From Octopus vulgaris (taxonomy: Eukaryota): a DNA stretch of 64,000 bases. Shown here piece by piece: positions 42,654 to 56,712 of the stretch. The position numbers and the translations under genes were made by a program. Each line of letters begins with the position of its first letter. Position 1 is the first letter of the stretch. Under the pieces are notes generated by a model that searched no databases, was not told where the DNA came from, and saw only the letters and a list, made by a program, of their open reading frames with translations. Location: assembly GCA_951406725.2 (NCBI GenBank), contig OX597828.1, positions 22,506,001 through 22,570,000 on the forward strand. The letters run 5' to 3'.

Positions 42654-43975
42654 AGGCACAAGGTCAAGAAATTTTAGATCGCCTCCAGTACGCAACTGGT
42701 ACTCAATTTATCGACTTCGAAAGGACGGAAGGCAAAGTCGACCTCGGTGGAATTTGGACTCAGAACACAAAGACAGACAAAATGCAGCTATAAGCAATTC
42801 TCCCGGCGTGCTAATGTTTATGTGTATGTTGAGATAAATGTCTTGTCGGAGAAGAAATTAAGATTTTCCTTTGGGTTTGATGTTTGCTTTTGAGTATTTC
42901 CACCTGTGTGTGAGTATGTATGTGTGAAAAAATGAGGATTGGTTTATAAAGAATAATTTCATAATTTCCAACAAAATTTTGGAGTTAGTTGTATAGTTTC
43001 CCATCCACAAGGGAGAGGGGCAGGACGTATCGAAACGATCGTGGTGATAAATAAAATTCCAGTATATTCTATATTCCGTATCATTTCTTTGTATTGCAAG
43101 CAACGGAACAACTTGCCCGTCAAATTAACATGCAAGTGGCTGAGGACACCGCAGACACGCGTACTCTTAACATGGTTCTCAGAAAGATTTAGCGTCACAC
43201 AGAGTGTGACAAAGCTGGCCTTGATAGAGGTACTACTAATATTTGCTAGCTGAGTGTGCTGGAGCAACATGAAATAAAGAGTCTTGCTCTAGGATAGAGC
43301 ACGTCACTGGGAATTGAACTCCCAACCATAAGATCGTGAGTGGAATGCCCTAACCACTATGCCACGCGCCTTCACATTTGGGGTGAGGGTGTACATATAT
43401 ATGCGTGTATGTATGTGCGCGTGTATGTGTGTGTGTTTGTGTGCATGTCTGTGTGCGCGCGCGTCTATATTAATATATACATGCTTGTATCACGTAAAAT
43501 GAACCGATGGCATGGATTATGGTAAAACTCACCAACTTAAACAAGCAGACCGTCCAGAAGAGTTGCAGGAGATTCCGAAGTCGTCTAGAGGCTCTGGTTG
43601 AAACCAATGGCGATCTTACTGAATAAATTTTCGCTTCAGTATTTCAAGATAATTTTATGTAACTTTTGTAAATATATCTGCTAAAATGAGATATCAGTGT
43701 TATTTTCGTTTTTGCATAACTTAGACGGTGGAGGTGCGTGACTTAGTGGTTAGGATGTCAGAACCATGATCGTAAGATTGTAATTTCGATTCCTAGACGG
43801 GCGACGCATTCTGTTCTCGAACAAATCAATTCATTTCACATTGCTCCAGTCTACTCAGCTGGCAAAAATGTATAACGCTGCGATGGACTGGCGTCCCGTA
43901 CAGGTGGGGAACACATACGTCACAGAAACCGGGAAAACGGGCCCATGAGCCTGGCTAGGCTCTGAAAGAGCGTAT
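42654..43975. mobile_element. SINE copies: family A (42654-42815, -), family C (43100-43375, -), family C-type (43728-43975, +)
   Basis: Similarity to other in-window copies. Confidence 0.75.
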
Positions 43976-44738
43976 TTATTATTTATTTATAACTTACACG
44001 ACTGTTTATTCACCGCACCCTGTACATACACACATACACACACACACACATACATATATATATTGAGTGAAATAAGTTACGTAATATTCCGCTTTAATTG
44101 GTGAACGAATATGTATAACATTATTTCTGCTTTGAAATGTAATTCCACCAGATCGAATGTGGTTTATTTTTTTTTATCTTTCATGGGTCTCATAATATCA
44201 TTTTGTATAACAGTATATAGGAACGTTGTCTATTAGTTTAGGCAGTGTCTTGCGTCAAACTTTCAAACTATAATTCGCATTAAGTATGCAGAAAGGAAGG
44301 CAAATGTTACTAAGTAAATGGTATAACTACAACAATGATGATGTGGATGCTGATGATGAGGACGACGACGACGATGACGACGATGATGATAATGATGATG
44401 ATAATGAATATCAAGGCGAGACACGACTTTAATGAAACATTCTTTCCCGCGAAAAGCAAGTTAAATAAAATTTGAGATTTTTTGGCAGAGGATATTCGAA
44501 ACGCGGAGTAGATGAAACAAAGGCGACTGAAGAAGGGGAATTTTCCTTGTTTTGTATGTCCTGTACTCTATTTTTTCGTTGTTTAAGAAAAATGTCCATT
44601 TCCTTGGTTTTGTGTTTATGTTTTCGTTTCTCATTGTGTTCGACGTTTTTTGGTGTCCTGTACCCATATATGCATGTATATATACATGTAGAGGTAGGTA
44701 CGTATATATATGCATGTGTTTTATTTTATTTATTAATT

Positions 44739-44781
<43 letters not shown>

Positions 44782-44893
44782 CAGTGTGTGTGTATTTATG
44801 TATATATGTTTATGTATATATGAATGTGTGTGTATGCATATATACACACAAACACACAAACACTCACAGACACAGACACACACACACACACAG

Positions 44894-44950
<57 letters not shown>

Positions 44951-45322
44951 TGTAACAAATTGAGAAAAAGTCATCCTACAAAAGATGTGTGTTAAACGTC
45001 CAATTCCCTGGAACGTCAGTTGAGTACCATATAAATAAGGGTATGATGCACTTACAAAGAGAGATTAGAGAGATACTATTGACAATCCAATAATTTATTA
45101 TATTATGATATTACATGACATACGATTAATATAATATGACATAATTTTATCTATCATAAAGAAAAAGGCCAACAAATTGTTTCGACTTATATACATGTGA
45201 ATTAATTTTTACAATCAACCCGTCATCTCATTCGGAATTTCGGCTATCTTTAAAATATGACTGTTAAATGACTAATATATATAAGGGTACTGTTATTGTG
45301 TACATATATATATCACCAAAAA

Positions 45323-45710
45323 GGGGTGGCGAGCTGGCACAAATCATTTGCACGCGGGGCGAAATATTTAGCGGTATTTCGTCTGCCGCTACGTTCTGAG
45401 TTCATCCTTTCGGGGTCGATTAAATAAGTACCAGTTACGCACTGGGGTCGATGCAATAGACTTAATTCGTTTGTCTGTCCTTGTTTGTCCCTTCTGTGTG
45501 TAGCCTCTTGCCTGTAGTAAAGAAATAGGTATTTCGTCTGCTGTTACTTTCTGAGTTCAAATTCAGCCGAGGTCAACTTTGCCTTTCATCCTTTCGGGGT
45601 CGATTAAATAAGTACCAGTTACGCACTGGTGTCGATTTAATCGACTTAATTCCTTTTTTCTGTCCTTGTTTGTCCCCTCTATGTTTAGCACCCTGTGGGC
45701 AATAAAGAAA
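45323..45710 (+). mobile_element. Family A SINE with duplicated body
   Basis: Same architecture as 1841-2250. Confidence 0.85.
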
Positions 45711-46687
45711 TATATATATCACAAAATGCATATAAGTCCAAGCAATTTCTTGGCCTTTTTGTTTTTTTTTAATAATTGTTTGTTATATAATATTTTGTTG
45801 TATTATATTCATAGCATATTATGTAATATAATAATGATGTAACATAATAAATTATTGGATTTTCATTTGTAACTCTATATTCAATTTATCTATATATACA
45901 CATGTATATATATTTTATATACACATGAATACTTATATATATATATAGTATTTCAGGTTCAACTGTGTAATAGTGTATGTTTGTATTTGCATATCTACTT
46001 CGTATATGTGTATATAAATTTTCGTATGTATCTGTGTATGTGTGTATGCTTGTGAGTCTATTTGTGTGTGTCTGTGTGTTTGTACGTGTGTGCGTGTTAT
46101 ACATACATGGTTCTATATATTGGCATCCGTATAAACATTGAACCGTCTAATAGTGACGAGTGTCAGACTTCAAAGTATTGGCGAGAGACCGGGAAGACGA
46201 GAGCGTTGGTATTTTGAAAACATACAACAGGAAAGGTATATTAACAAATGAGGGAACAGGGGCGTCAAATATGTTAGGAATCGGTCGTAATTGTAAATAT
46301 TGCAAATGTCAAATGTCATATGGCACAGCAGCCAAACACTAAACACATACATAAGTATGTGTGTGTGTGCATGTGTATACACACACGCTCGCGCATATGT
46401 ATACGCACACATGTATATATATGTATATATAGATATGTATATGTATGCATATATATATATATATACACATGTATGTATGTATATATGCATGAATATACAT
46501 ATATGTATATATGCATGTATGTATATATATATGTATATATATATATGTATAAATATATATATAAACATACATATATTGATATATATATATATATATATTT
46601 ATGTATATATAAATATAAATACGTATACATACATAAATTTATCATATACTTACATATGTATGTCTATATATATGTATGCCTGTATAC

Positions 46688-46720
<33 letters not shown>

Positions 46721-46851
46721 TATATATATGTGTGTGTGTTTATATACATATGTATATATATATATGTATGTACATACACACACACATATATATATATATG
46801 CATAAACATATATATATATAAACATACATATATAGATAGATATATTTATAC

Positions 46852-46895
<44 letters not shown>

Positions 46896-47434
46896 TTATA
46901 TTAACGTATAGCATATATTGATAAACATTGCAGGTACATGTTGCATTTAGAGATAAATGTCTGGTGGTAGCTTTTGATAATGTTGGTTATTTCATGTTTG
47001 GCGGGATGAAGAATGGTGTCGATCACATTTTTTTCGTTCTTTTGTTCTTGTTTCTGTGGCCGGAAGCGGATGTTAGCTTTGAAATGCAGACTGGTTACCA
47101 GCTGTTTGTTTCTGGTTTATCGATGGATTGAAGGCGATTGTCTGCAAAAAGGAAAAGCGATGGCATGATATTTGTTGTTGTTCCTGGTGATGATGATGTT
47201 GATTATGATGATGAGGATGGTGATGATGATGATGATGATGATGATGGAAACGACTATGATGAAGATGATGAGGAGGGTGGTGATGGTGGTAATGAATTTT
47301 ACGTCGGTTGTGGTTATGCCCGTATTGTTAATGTAAGGGGTGGTGACAGTCGTACTGTTGCTGATAATAATGAGGAGGATGACGGTGACGAAGCGACGTG
47401 ATGGTGAGGCTGGCGAAAGAGATGAGAAGACATA

Positions 47435-47593
47435 GAAGAAGAAGAAGAAGAAGAAGAAGAAGAACAAAAAGAAGAGGGAGTACAAAAGGAGGAAGTAAAA
47501 GATGAACAAGATAAAGCAGAAGAAGAAAAGAACAAAAGAGGAGGAAAGAGGAGAGAAGAACTAAATATGAAGACGAAGAAGAAGAAGAAGAAG

Positions 47594-47624
<31 letters not shown>

Positions 47625-47669
47625 GGAGAAAAAGAAGAAGAAAAAATAATAGAGGAACAAGTTGAAAAA

Positions 47670-47716
<47 letters not shown>

Positions 47717-47925
47717 AGAAGCTGAGGAAAGAGAGGAGAGCAAAAGAAGAAGAAGAATAAAAAGAAGAGGGAGAACAAAAAGATGAAGTAAAAGAAGAAC
47801 AAGATAAAGCAGAAGAAGAAGAAAAAAACAAAAGAGGAAGAAAGAGGAGAGAAGAACAAAATATGAAGAAGAAGAAGAAGAAGAAGAAGAAGAAGAAGAA
47901 GGAGGAGGGGGAGGAGGAGGAGGCG
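47435..47925. repeat. (GAA)n purine tract containing a ~120-bp higher-order duplication
   Basis: 47455-47580 is repeated at ~47750-47870. Confidence 0.85.
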
Positions 47926-48095
47926 AAGACATTGCTGTTGGTACAACATTCTGAGGAGCCTCTGGTTGATGGTTATGATGTAAGTATATTGCACCTGCTA
48001 ACGTTGATGATGATGATGATGGGCTTGCGATTACGATGGTGATTATTCTTATGAGTTTCTTTGCGGCAAGACGTTGATGACGATGATAAAGATGG

Positions 48096-48128
<33 letters not shown>

Positions 48129-49132
48129 CGACGACGGCGTAGTCAAAGATGTTGATTGATGATGAGGATTATGATGACTGTAAAGCTGATGAGAAATAAG
48201 GAATCTGGGAGATTAGACGGAAAGGAGGACTGTTGTACTGAACGGTGTTGCTGATAAGGATGGTTGTGGTTTGGTGTCTAGGATGATACATCCAATTACC
48301 AGATGCTGAGGGATAAGGGGTACGCAAATGATCACTGATGCCACTAATACTACATCTACTGCTCCTGCTGCTGCCCTGCTACGACTACTACTATTTTCAT
48401 TGCTATTACAGAAGAAAAAAATTGAAGATGAATGATAATAAACGTTTCTTGTTCCGGTGACTAGCAGAAATTTAAAAGGGGGCTAGTCTATAAATTGTAC
48501 TCTAGTCGATGACAAATAATTATTTTATCGACCAGGAAATGATGGAAGGCAAAGTCGACCTCGGTGGAATTTGAAATCAGAATTTAAATCAGATGGAATT
48601 AAGCTAACCATTTTGCCCAGCGTACTAATGATTCTGCCAATGCGGCTATCGGCTTTTTATCTTAACTGATCGAAAGTGTTATCGTTTATATGTCTAGGCA
48701 TAAAAGATGGGCTACAGTAAATAACACAAATTTGCTTGTTAATTGTTTGACCTTAACTAGTTGAGCATGTTCCTTAGAGTCTGACGATATATGCATCTCT
48801 GATCACGAGCAGAAGCAGAGAGCATCATCACTCATGTGCTGAGAGTGAGTTTTGGGAGTTTGAATAATTCCCTTCTGAAAACACGAGTCTTTCGTTCAAC
48901 ATCCTCAAACAACCCTTATTCAAAAATTTCTGAGCAGGAGCCTTATCTGCAAGGTCATGCACTCTTTCCATTGATATAACGTCACCATGTTGCGCACATA
49001 TGGTTGTGATGCATGTACATGCTGTAACTTTAGCAGACGAGTAGTCGTGATGGGTACATTGCGCTTCGTATATTTGTACCCCAGTTTCACTTTGATGGCA
49101 TGCACTGCTCTCTCACTCAATAATAATAATAA

Positions 49133-49750
49133 CCATTGCTTATATCACGAACAAATGCCCTAGACTTTCCCAAAACCACTACAAGTTCTGGCGAAATTAT
49201 CACGTAGCGAAAAAGCTACATTGGAAGCTGTGCGAAAAGTGGGAGCTAAAGAGGGGCAATACGTGGAATGAGCACAAACTGTAAAGAGTAGTAGAGTCGG
49301 AGACAAGCTAAATCCTTTGGGATTTCCCAATCCAGACAGATCAGGTCATAACAGACCAGACCTGGTGGTGGTAGACAAGACACACCACATATGCTATATA
49401 GTTGATGTTGCATGCTCCTTTGACCCACAAATACTCAAGATGGATAAATACAAACCTCTTAAGTACGAAATAAACCGGCTATGCAAAATAAAAAAGGTGA
49501 AGATAGTGCCAATTATTTTTCTGCCCTTGGGAACATTATCAGAAGCCATCAAAGGGCATATAAAGGAAAGTAGAATTGTGTGTCCAGTAGAACTGTTACA
49601 AATGTTTTGGCCATTGGCACAGCTAGAATGATCAAGAAAGTATTAGATAGTTGAAAAGAATGGATAGCATGGCTCCATAGGCTGCAGGTAGCAAGCCCGA
49701 TGCACATGTAAGACCCCAGGAGTTCCAACAAAGCCGGTGATACAGAGAAA
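49133..49750 (+). mobile_element. 5'-truncated R4/Dong-type LINE (RLE domain) flanked by (AAT)n
   Basis: VAKKLHWKLCEKW, ILWDFPIQTD, HNRPDLVVVDK..CYIVDVAC, KYKPLKYEINRL, IVPII..LGT. (AAT)n immediately 5' (49119-49132) and AATAAT-like sequence 3'. Confidence 0.85.
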
Positions 49751-49778
49751 GAATAATAAATATAATAATCCTTCCTAC

Positions 49779-49815
<37 letters not shown>

Positions 49816-50326
49816 CAGAAGAAGAAGAAGAAGAAGAAGCGCAAGAAGAAGTGCCAACCAAAAGAACAAGAAGACGGACAACCATGAGAGCAGAAATATA
49901 TGAATATGGAAATAAATACAAGAGAGAAAAATGTGTAATGATGCGGATGATGTGGTTGGGAGAAAGAAGCAAATAATAGCGAAAGAAGTAGGCTGAAAGA
50001 AAAAGGAATGAGATTGCGAAGAATGATATCGACTCGAGAAAACAGGGAGACGAACAGATGAAGAGGAAATCTTACATAGAAAAAAATGAACAAAATACAA
50101 AGAATGACAAGGCAAAGATGATCACAAGTGCAATATGGCGTGTACCCGGTGCGAGATAAAGAATATTATCTTGGAAAATAATAAGGGTTTTGATAAAACA
50201 ATTGAAGGTTCATGATGGGAACTAGTCATGTGGTTCCCTAATTTCCGTTTATAGAGGAAACTTCTTTATAATTACATCATATTTTTGATCCAAAAATTAT
50301 GGCTGCGTCTATTGTTATTTTGGGGT

Positions 50327-50889
50327 ATCGTAGTTAATGGTGTTGCTGTTCCAGTTGATGTTCGTGATGGGGATTTTGTCTTTTGCCGGCGTTGATGTTA
50401 CTGTCACTGCGCCGCCCTTTTTTTGTTTTTTTTAGTTGCTATGGTAAATATTTAGGAGGTGCGTGATGCTGGTGGTGAAAATGATACTGGTGTCGCTGCT
50501 GCGGTTAGTGATATGCTGCTGTTGCTGTATATGATGATGATGATGATGAGGAGGAGGAGGAGGAGGTGGAGGAGCATGGTGTCTATGACGACGATAATGT
50601 TGTTGACGATGTTGATGTTGATGATGATGATGATGCAGATGATAATGATGATGGCGACGTTGATGATGATGATGATGATGATGATAACTACGATGATGAT
50701 GATGTCGGCGACGATGGTTGTTGATGAAGAAGATGCAGATGATGACGGAGAGAGTGGTGGTGGTGGTGGTGGTGGTGGTGGTGGTAGTGGTGGTGGTGGT
50801 GATGATGGTGGTAGTGGCGTTGAAGTTAATGCGAGTGTTGGCACAGGCGGTGATATTTTGTGGTTGGGAGGGCGCAGCTAATGGTGAAG
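50327..50889. repeat. Left arm of a local inverted duplication
   Basis: Unique parts are reverse-complementary to 52428-53118. Confidence 0.85.
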
Positions 50890-51832
50890 ATGAATGTGTC
50901 GGCAGTGGCGAGGATGGCTCCCTCACTGAATCCATAACGACTACGACAACGATGACAACAACGTCCACGACGACGACGACGATGGTAGTGGTGGTGGTGG
51001 TGGTGGTGGTGGTGGTAACTATTTCCTTTTGTTTCTGTCTGTTTAATCAAGCAGACATTTAATCACTGATATATCAATGCGCCAACGCATTTCGTTAAGT
51101 GCAGCCTCATTACATTGTATGAAATGTAGTCCTACACAGATGTGATTACTTTTACTATGATGTTTACTGTAAATCGGTACTGCATGATAATACATACACA
51201 CACACACACACACACATACATACATACATATATACATATGCTTATGTGTCTGTTTATCTGTATCGTAATATCTGGTTTACTAGTGGGTGTATACTATTTA
51301 AATGTTTATTCTTACGCTCACTATTAAAACCATTTTTATTATCTCCGCCTCCATAAACCTGTCCTGATATGCATGGCTCTTCAAATGTCGTAATTAAAGA
51401 CTTGATATACCGCACTGATTAACATATCTCTCAGGTCTTGTTTTGAAAGCCTCTTATCGTTTATTGTCTTACTAACAACCTAATCCAATGTCTAATTTCA
51501 TATTATGATGTGTTATATGGTACTACTATGTACTATATATGTACATAAGAAACACTTACTTAAATTTCTGCAAATTCCCTGGATGTGATGGCGTTTCGAA
51601 TTTGAAAACTCCCACTGCTAATTCGGTAATTTGGAAACACGTATATTATAATTTAACAAGTCGTTGTGTATACAATATTCATTGTTTTGGTTTGGTTTGG
51701 TTTGGTTTCAATAAGAATTGGTCATTAATATTGGCGAAAATGCACGCATCAAAACAAAACAAAGTTCTTGCAATATATTTACGATGTGTAAATAATTTGT
51801 GGATATGTTATGCCTCCGATATCCAAGTTGAT

Positions 51833-52380
51833 GAAGGCGGCGTGCTGGCAGAATCGTTAGCACGCCGGGCAAAATCCTCAGCGGTATTTCGTCCGTCTTT
51901 ATATCCTTAGTTGTGAAGGCACGTGGCTTAGTGGTTAGGGCATTCTGCTCACGATTGTAAGGTCGTGAGTTCGATTCCCGGCGACGCGTTGTGTCCTGGA
52001 GGAAGACACTTTATTTCACGTTGCTCCAGTCCACTCAGCTGGCAAAAATGAGTTGTACCTGTATTTCAAAAGGCCGGCCTTGTCACGCTCTGTGTCACAC
52101 TGAATCTCCCTGAGAACTAATTTGGGTGTACGCGTGTCTGTGGCTTGCTCAATCACTTTCACGGTAATTTCACAAGCAGGCTGTTCCGTTGATTGTATCA
52201 GCTGGAACCCTCATCGTCGTAACCGACGGAGTGCTCCTATATCCTTAGTTCACATTCCACCATGGTCGATTTCTTTTATTCCTTGTGGGGTCGATAAAAT
52301 AAGTACCAGTTGAATACTGAGGTCGGTGCAATAGTTTGGCCTCTCCGACGCAGTTACTGACCTTCTGTCAAAGTTTGAAA
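51833..52380 (+). mobile_element. Family A SINE with nested family C SINE (51913-52237) and 13-bp TSD
   Basis: TSD TATATCCTTAGTT at 51900-51912 and 52238-52250. Confidence 0.9.
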
Positions 52381-52427
52381 CCTGAAGGCGGCAAACTGAT
52401 AAAATCGCCAGCACGCCGTGCAAAATG

Positions 52428-52704
52428 CTTCACCATCAGCTGCGCCTCCTTCACAACCCGCTAAACAGCAAAATATCACCGCCTGTGCCAAAAGTCACAT
52501 TAACTTCAACGTCACTACCACCATCATCACCACCAACTTCTCCGTCATCAGCTGCATCTTCTTCATCACCATCATCATCAACGTCGTAGTTATCATCATC
52601 ATCATCATCATTATCATCATCATCATCATCGTCGTCATCAACATCATCCTCATCATTATCATCATGATCGTCATCATCATCATCGCCAAGTCACCATCAT
52701 CATT

Positions 52705-52744
<40 letters not shown>

Positions 52745-52748
52745 ACAG

Positions 52749-52783
<35 letters not shown>

Positions 52784-52886
52784 CCAACATTATTGACGTC
52801 ATAGACATCATCATCCTTATCATCATCCTCATCATCATCATCCTCATCCTCATCCTCATCCTCATCATCATCATCATCCTCATCAT

Positions 52887-52917
<31 letters not shown>

Positions 52918-53118
52918 AGCAGCATATTCAGCAATAGCAGCAGCACTAACCGCAGCAGCTACACCAGTATCATCTTCACCACCAGCATTACGCACATCTG
53001 AAATATTTACCACAGCAACTAAAAAAAAAGGCGGGGCGGCGACAATAACATCAACGCCGGCAACAGACAAAACCCCATCACGAACATCAACTGGAACAAC
53101 AACGGCATTAACCACGAT
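52428..53118. repeat. Right arm of the inverted duplication, splitting a family A SINE (52385-52430 / 53120-53260)
   Basis: SINE head stops at AAAATGCTT and the body resumes at CGAGGTCGAATTTGTCTTTCATCCC. Confidence 0.8.
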
Positions 53119-53503
53119 TTTGTCCGCCTTCCCTCGAGGTCGAATTTGTCTTTCATCCCTTTGGAGGTCCATAAAATATGTACCAGAAGAATACTGAGGG
53201 TCGATATAATCGATTTAGCGCCTCCCGCGAAATTAATGTCCTTGAACCAAAAATTTGAAACTTTAAAGAGGTGAGCTGGCAGAATCGCTTACACGCCGGG
53301 TAAAATGCTCAGTGGTGTTTCGTCCGACTTTACGTCTTGAGTTCAAATTACGCCGAGGTCAGCTTTATCTTTTATCCCTTTCGGGTCGATAAATATATGT
53401 ACCAGTTGAACACTGGGTTCGATGCCGTTCTATATTTAAGAGATGAGGAATTATGTACATTATTTACATTCAACGGATATTTGTCCTCATCTTGTTTGTT
53501 GTT

Positions 53504-53550
53504 AACACAACGTTTCGGCTGATATACCCTCCAAGCCTTCTTCAGGTGTC
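53504..53550 (-). ncRNA. Minimal type I hammerhead ribozyme motif
   Basis: Minus strand GACAC-CTGAAGA-A-GGCT-TGGAGGGTATATC-AGCC-GAAA-CG-TT-GTGTT: stem I GACAC/GTGTT, stem II GGCT/AGCC, palindromic ACGT stem III, GUU triplet. Confidence 0.75.
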
Positions 53551-53571
53551 TTGGGGAAATTTCGAACCCAC

Positions 53572-53644
53572 GGTCATATGGCGTATTGGTTAAGAGCGCG
53601 AGCTACTAACCCTAAGATTCCGAGTTCGATTCCAAGCAGTAACC
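53572..53644 (+). mobile_element. tRNA-derived Pol III head (pseudo-tRNA)
   Basis: A box TGGCGTATTGG (53579-89), B box GTTCGATTCC (53624-33), anticodon-like loop CTACTAA. Stems too degenerate for a functional tRNA. Confidence 0.75.
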
Positions 53645-54284
53645 TGAACAATAACAACAACAATAACAACAATAATAATTATTATTATAATAATTATAAT
53701 AATAATAATTATTATAATAATAATAATAATAATAATAATAGTAATGATAACATCGAATAATACCTGAGGAATCAGAACCCAGGTCCGAAATTTCCCCAAG
53801 ACACCAGAAAAAGGCTGGAGGGTATATTAGCCGAAACGTTGTTTTAACAGCAAACAAGCTGAGGAGAAATATCCGTCTAATGTAAATAATGTAAATAATG
53901 TAAATAACGTTTTAAAATTTTCTATTTCAGGTGAGAATGTTTGTGTTTCACCCGTAGGATCAATCAGCATTGAAATGCTGCTTCGCAATGTCAACAATAA
54001 CGACAAAGACGACAAGAATTTTTAAAGAATTCAACAACGAAACCATAACAGCAACACTGTAGCTAAAACAAAAGCAATCTTAAACAATATATTTGTAATA
54101 GATTTCCGTAGAAATCTCTATAAAAAGAGAATAAAAGGAATTGTAACATATCTATAACATCAGCGACAACAACAAATTCAACAAAGCGACAGTGAGGAAA
54201 TATTTCAAATATGTTCTGTGACATACAAAAAGAATATCTATATAACAAGGAATTACGAAGTGCATCTTAAAATTGTGTAACGGA

Positions 54285-54423
<139 letters not shown>

Positions 54424-54473
54424 ATATATATATATCTGTCTATCCATCTATCAACATATCTATCTATATATCC

Positions 54474-54549
<76 letters not shown>

Positions 54550-54570
54550 ACTATCTATCTATCCATATAT

Positions 54571-54616
<46 letters not shown>

Positions 54617-54900
54617 TATGTATGTATGTATCTATCTGTCTGTATGTCTGTCTAACTATGTGTCTATTGATGTGTATGTTTGTGTGGGTACGCTCATGTG
54701 TGTACGGGGGCGCATCTGTGTGCATATGTGTGTGCGTGTGTGTGTATGTGTGTGCGCATGTGCGTGACTATATTTATGTCTTCTACTCACACAGAAATGT
54801 TTATAAACAGTTCAATCGAAAGATCGATTGAAAATGCACATGAGTATGTAGAAACACAACCACCCGACCATACAACACAACAACCCGTCGCGTGTGTGTA

Positions 54901-54999
<99 letters not shown>

Positions 55000-55031
55000 A
55001 ATATGTATATCTATCTTTGCTTATATATATG

Positions 55032-55078
<47 letters not shown>

Positions 55079-55119
55079 AATGTATGTATATATATATATA
55101 ATATATATATATATATATG

Positions 55120-55176
<57 letters not shown>

Positions 55177-55926
55177 GTTCATGCACGTGTTTCTGAATGT
55201 ACCTCTGAATGTATGTGCGTATACATTCACACATACATACATGTATATGCGCATGTACGCATGGAAGTCACATATTGTTAAACGTAAGACGAGAGCCAAG
55301 ATCTGTATTAGACATTCTGATCAGATAAAGTAGGTTTTCGCCCTTATCCGTACTGGAAAGATCTTAATTTAATTCAAAAGATTATCATTTTTAATCCGCT
55401 TTTTAGATATTCTAACATATTTTATTTGTTTCCGTCATTCGATTAACTAAATTTAAACACATATATGTTTAAATTTAAAAATCGAAAAGCTCCGTACAAA
55501 ATCGAACAAGATGGATGTCGAAGAGATAAACAGAAGTGAGCAGTGTAGCATACACATGTCTGTGTGTGTTTCTCTCTGAGTGTGGTTCTGCTTGTGTGTG
55601 TGTGTGTGTGCGGTTGTGCGTGCACGTGCGCATGTGTATGTGCGTGTGCGTGTGTATGTGTGTGTGTGCGCTTGTGCGTGTGTTCGTGTGTGTATTTCGG
55701 CATGTGATTGTGAGAAAGCGGTTTGTTTTTATATTATTGGTATCATGTTATTTGTTGACTTAATCAGGATATAATGTTTATATGCAGAGGTATGTGATTG
55801 TGTGTGAGTATATATATACATATATATATATGTGTTTGTATACATGCACAAACATTTATATATACATATACATACAAAAACGAGTGCTGATATTCATAAA
55901 TGCATGAACTCAAAAACACACATCTG

Positions 55927-56018
<92 letters not shown>

Positions 56019-56065
56019 ACTATCTATCTATCTATCTATCTATCTGTCTATCTATCCATCTATCC

Positions 56066-56123
<58 letters not shown>

Positions 56124-56302
56124 TTATCTATCTATCTATCTGTTTATCTATCTGTCTATCTATCTATCTTTATACATATATTTATAAATGTACATACATA
56201 TATATATATTTATATATGTATATATATACATACATATATATGCATATATATATATTTACATATATATAAGTATATGTATATATATATTATACACACATTT
56301 AC

Positions 56303-56334
<32 letters not shown>

Positions 56335-56712
56335 GTATGTATATATATATATGTATATATATATACATATATATATATGTGTGTGTGTATATATATATTA
56401 ACATTTATTTGTATGTATATATACGCATACGCACATGCACAAATAGGCTTTTTGTGAGTATGTGTATTTATGTATTTATTTAAGTTGTCTACGTACATAA
56501 TAGCGGAACAGTTCCTTTATTTAAACTAAAGTGTTGGGAGTATAGCGGGACTGGCGCCTGATGAACGTACTCATGCCGGGAAAACAATGAGTAGCACGAT
56601 AAATACACATAGTCGAAATGTTTAGTAATCTTGAACGCTCATTGCATGGATTACTCTTCGTATTGACTTTTACACAGTGAATTTCTTATATATGTATATA
56701 TATGTATGTATA

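Larger units (their letters stand above)
53441..53907 (+). mobile_element. Composite element: inverted tail copy, tRNA head, (AAT)n, then tail with degenerate HHR
   Basis: 53456-53568 is an inverted repeat of ~53782-53895. The plus-strand HHR copy at 53800-53845 has a mutated core (CAGAAAA). The tail ends in (AATGTAAAT)x3. Confidence 0.75.

Noticed and set aside
53572-53644. Functional tRNA gene
   Set aside because: The acceptor and anticodon stems are mismatched and it is embedded in a repeat, so it is treated as a SINE head.
56555-56625. CTGATGA followed by a TACTCAT/ATGAGTA hairpin as a hammerhead
   Set aside because: GAAA does not follow stem II directly and no stem I or III pairing was found; at most a decayed relic.
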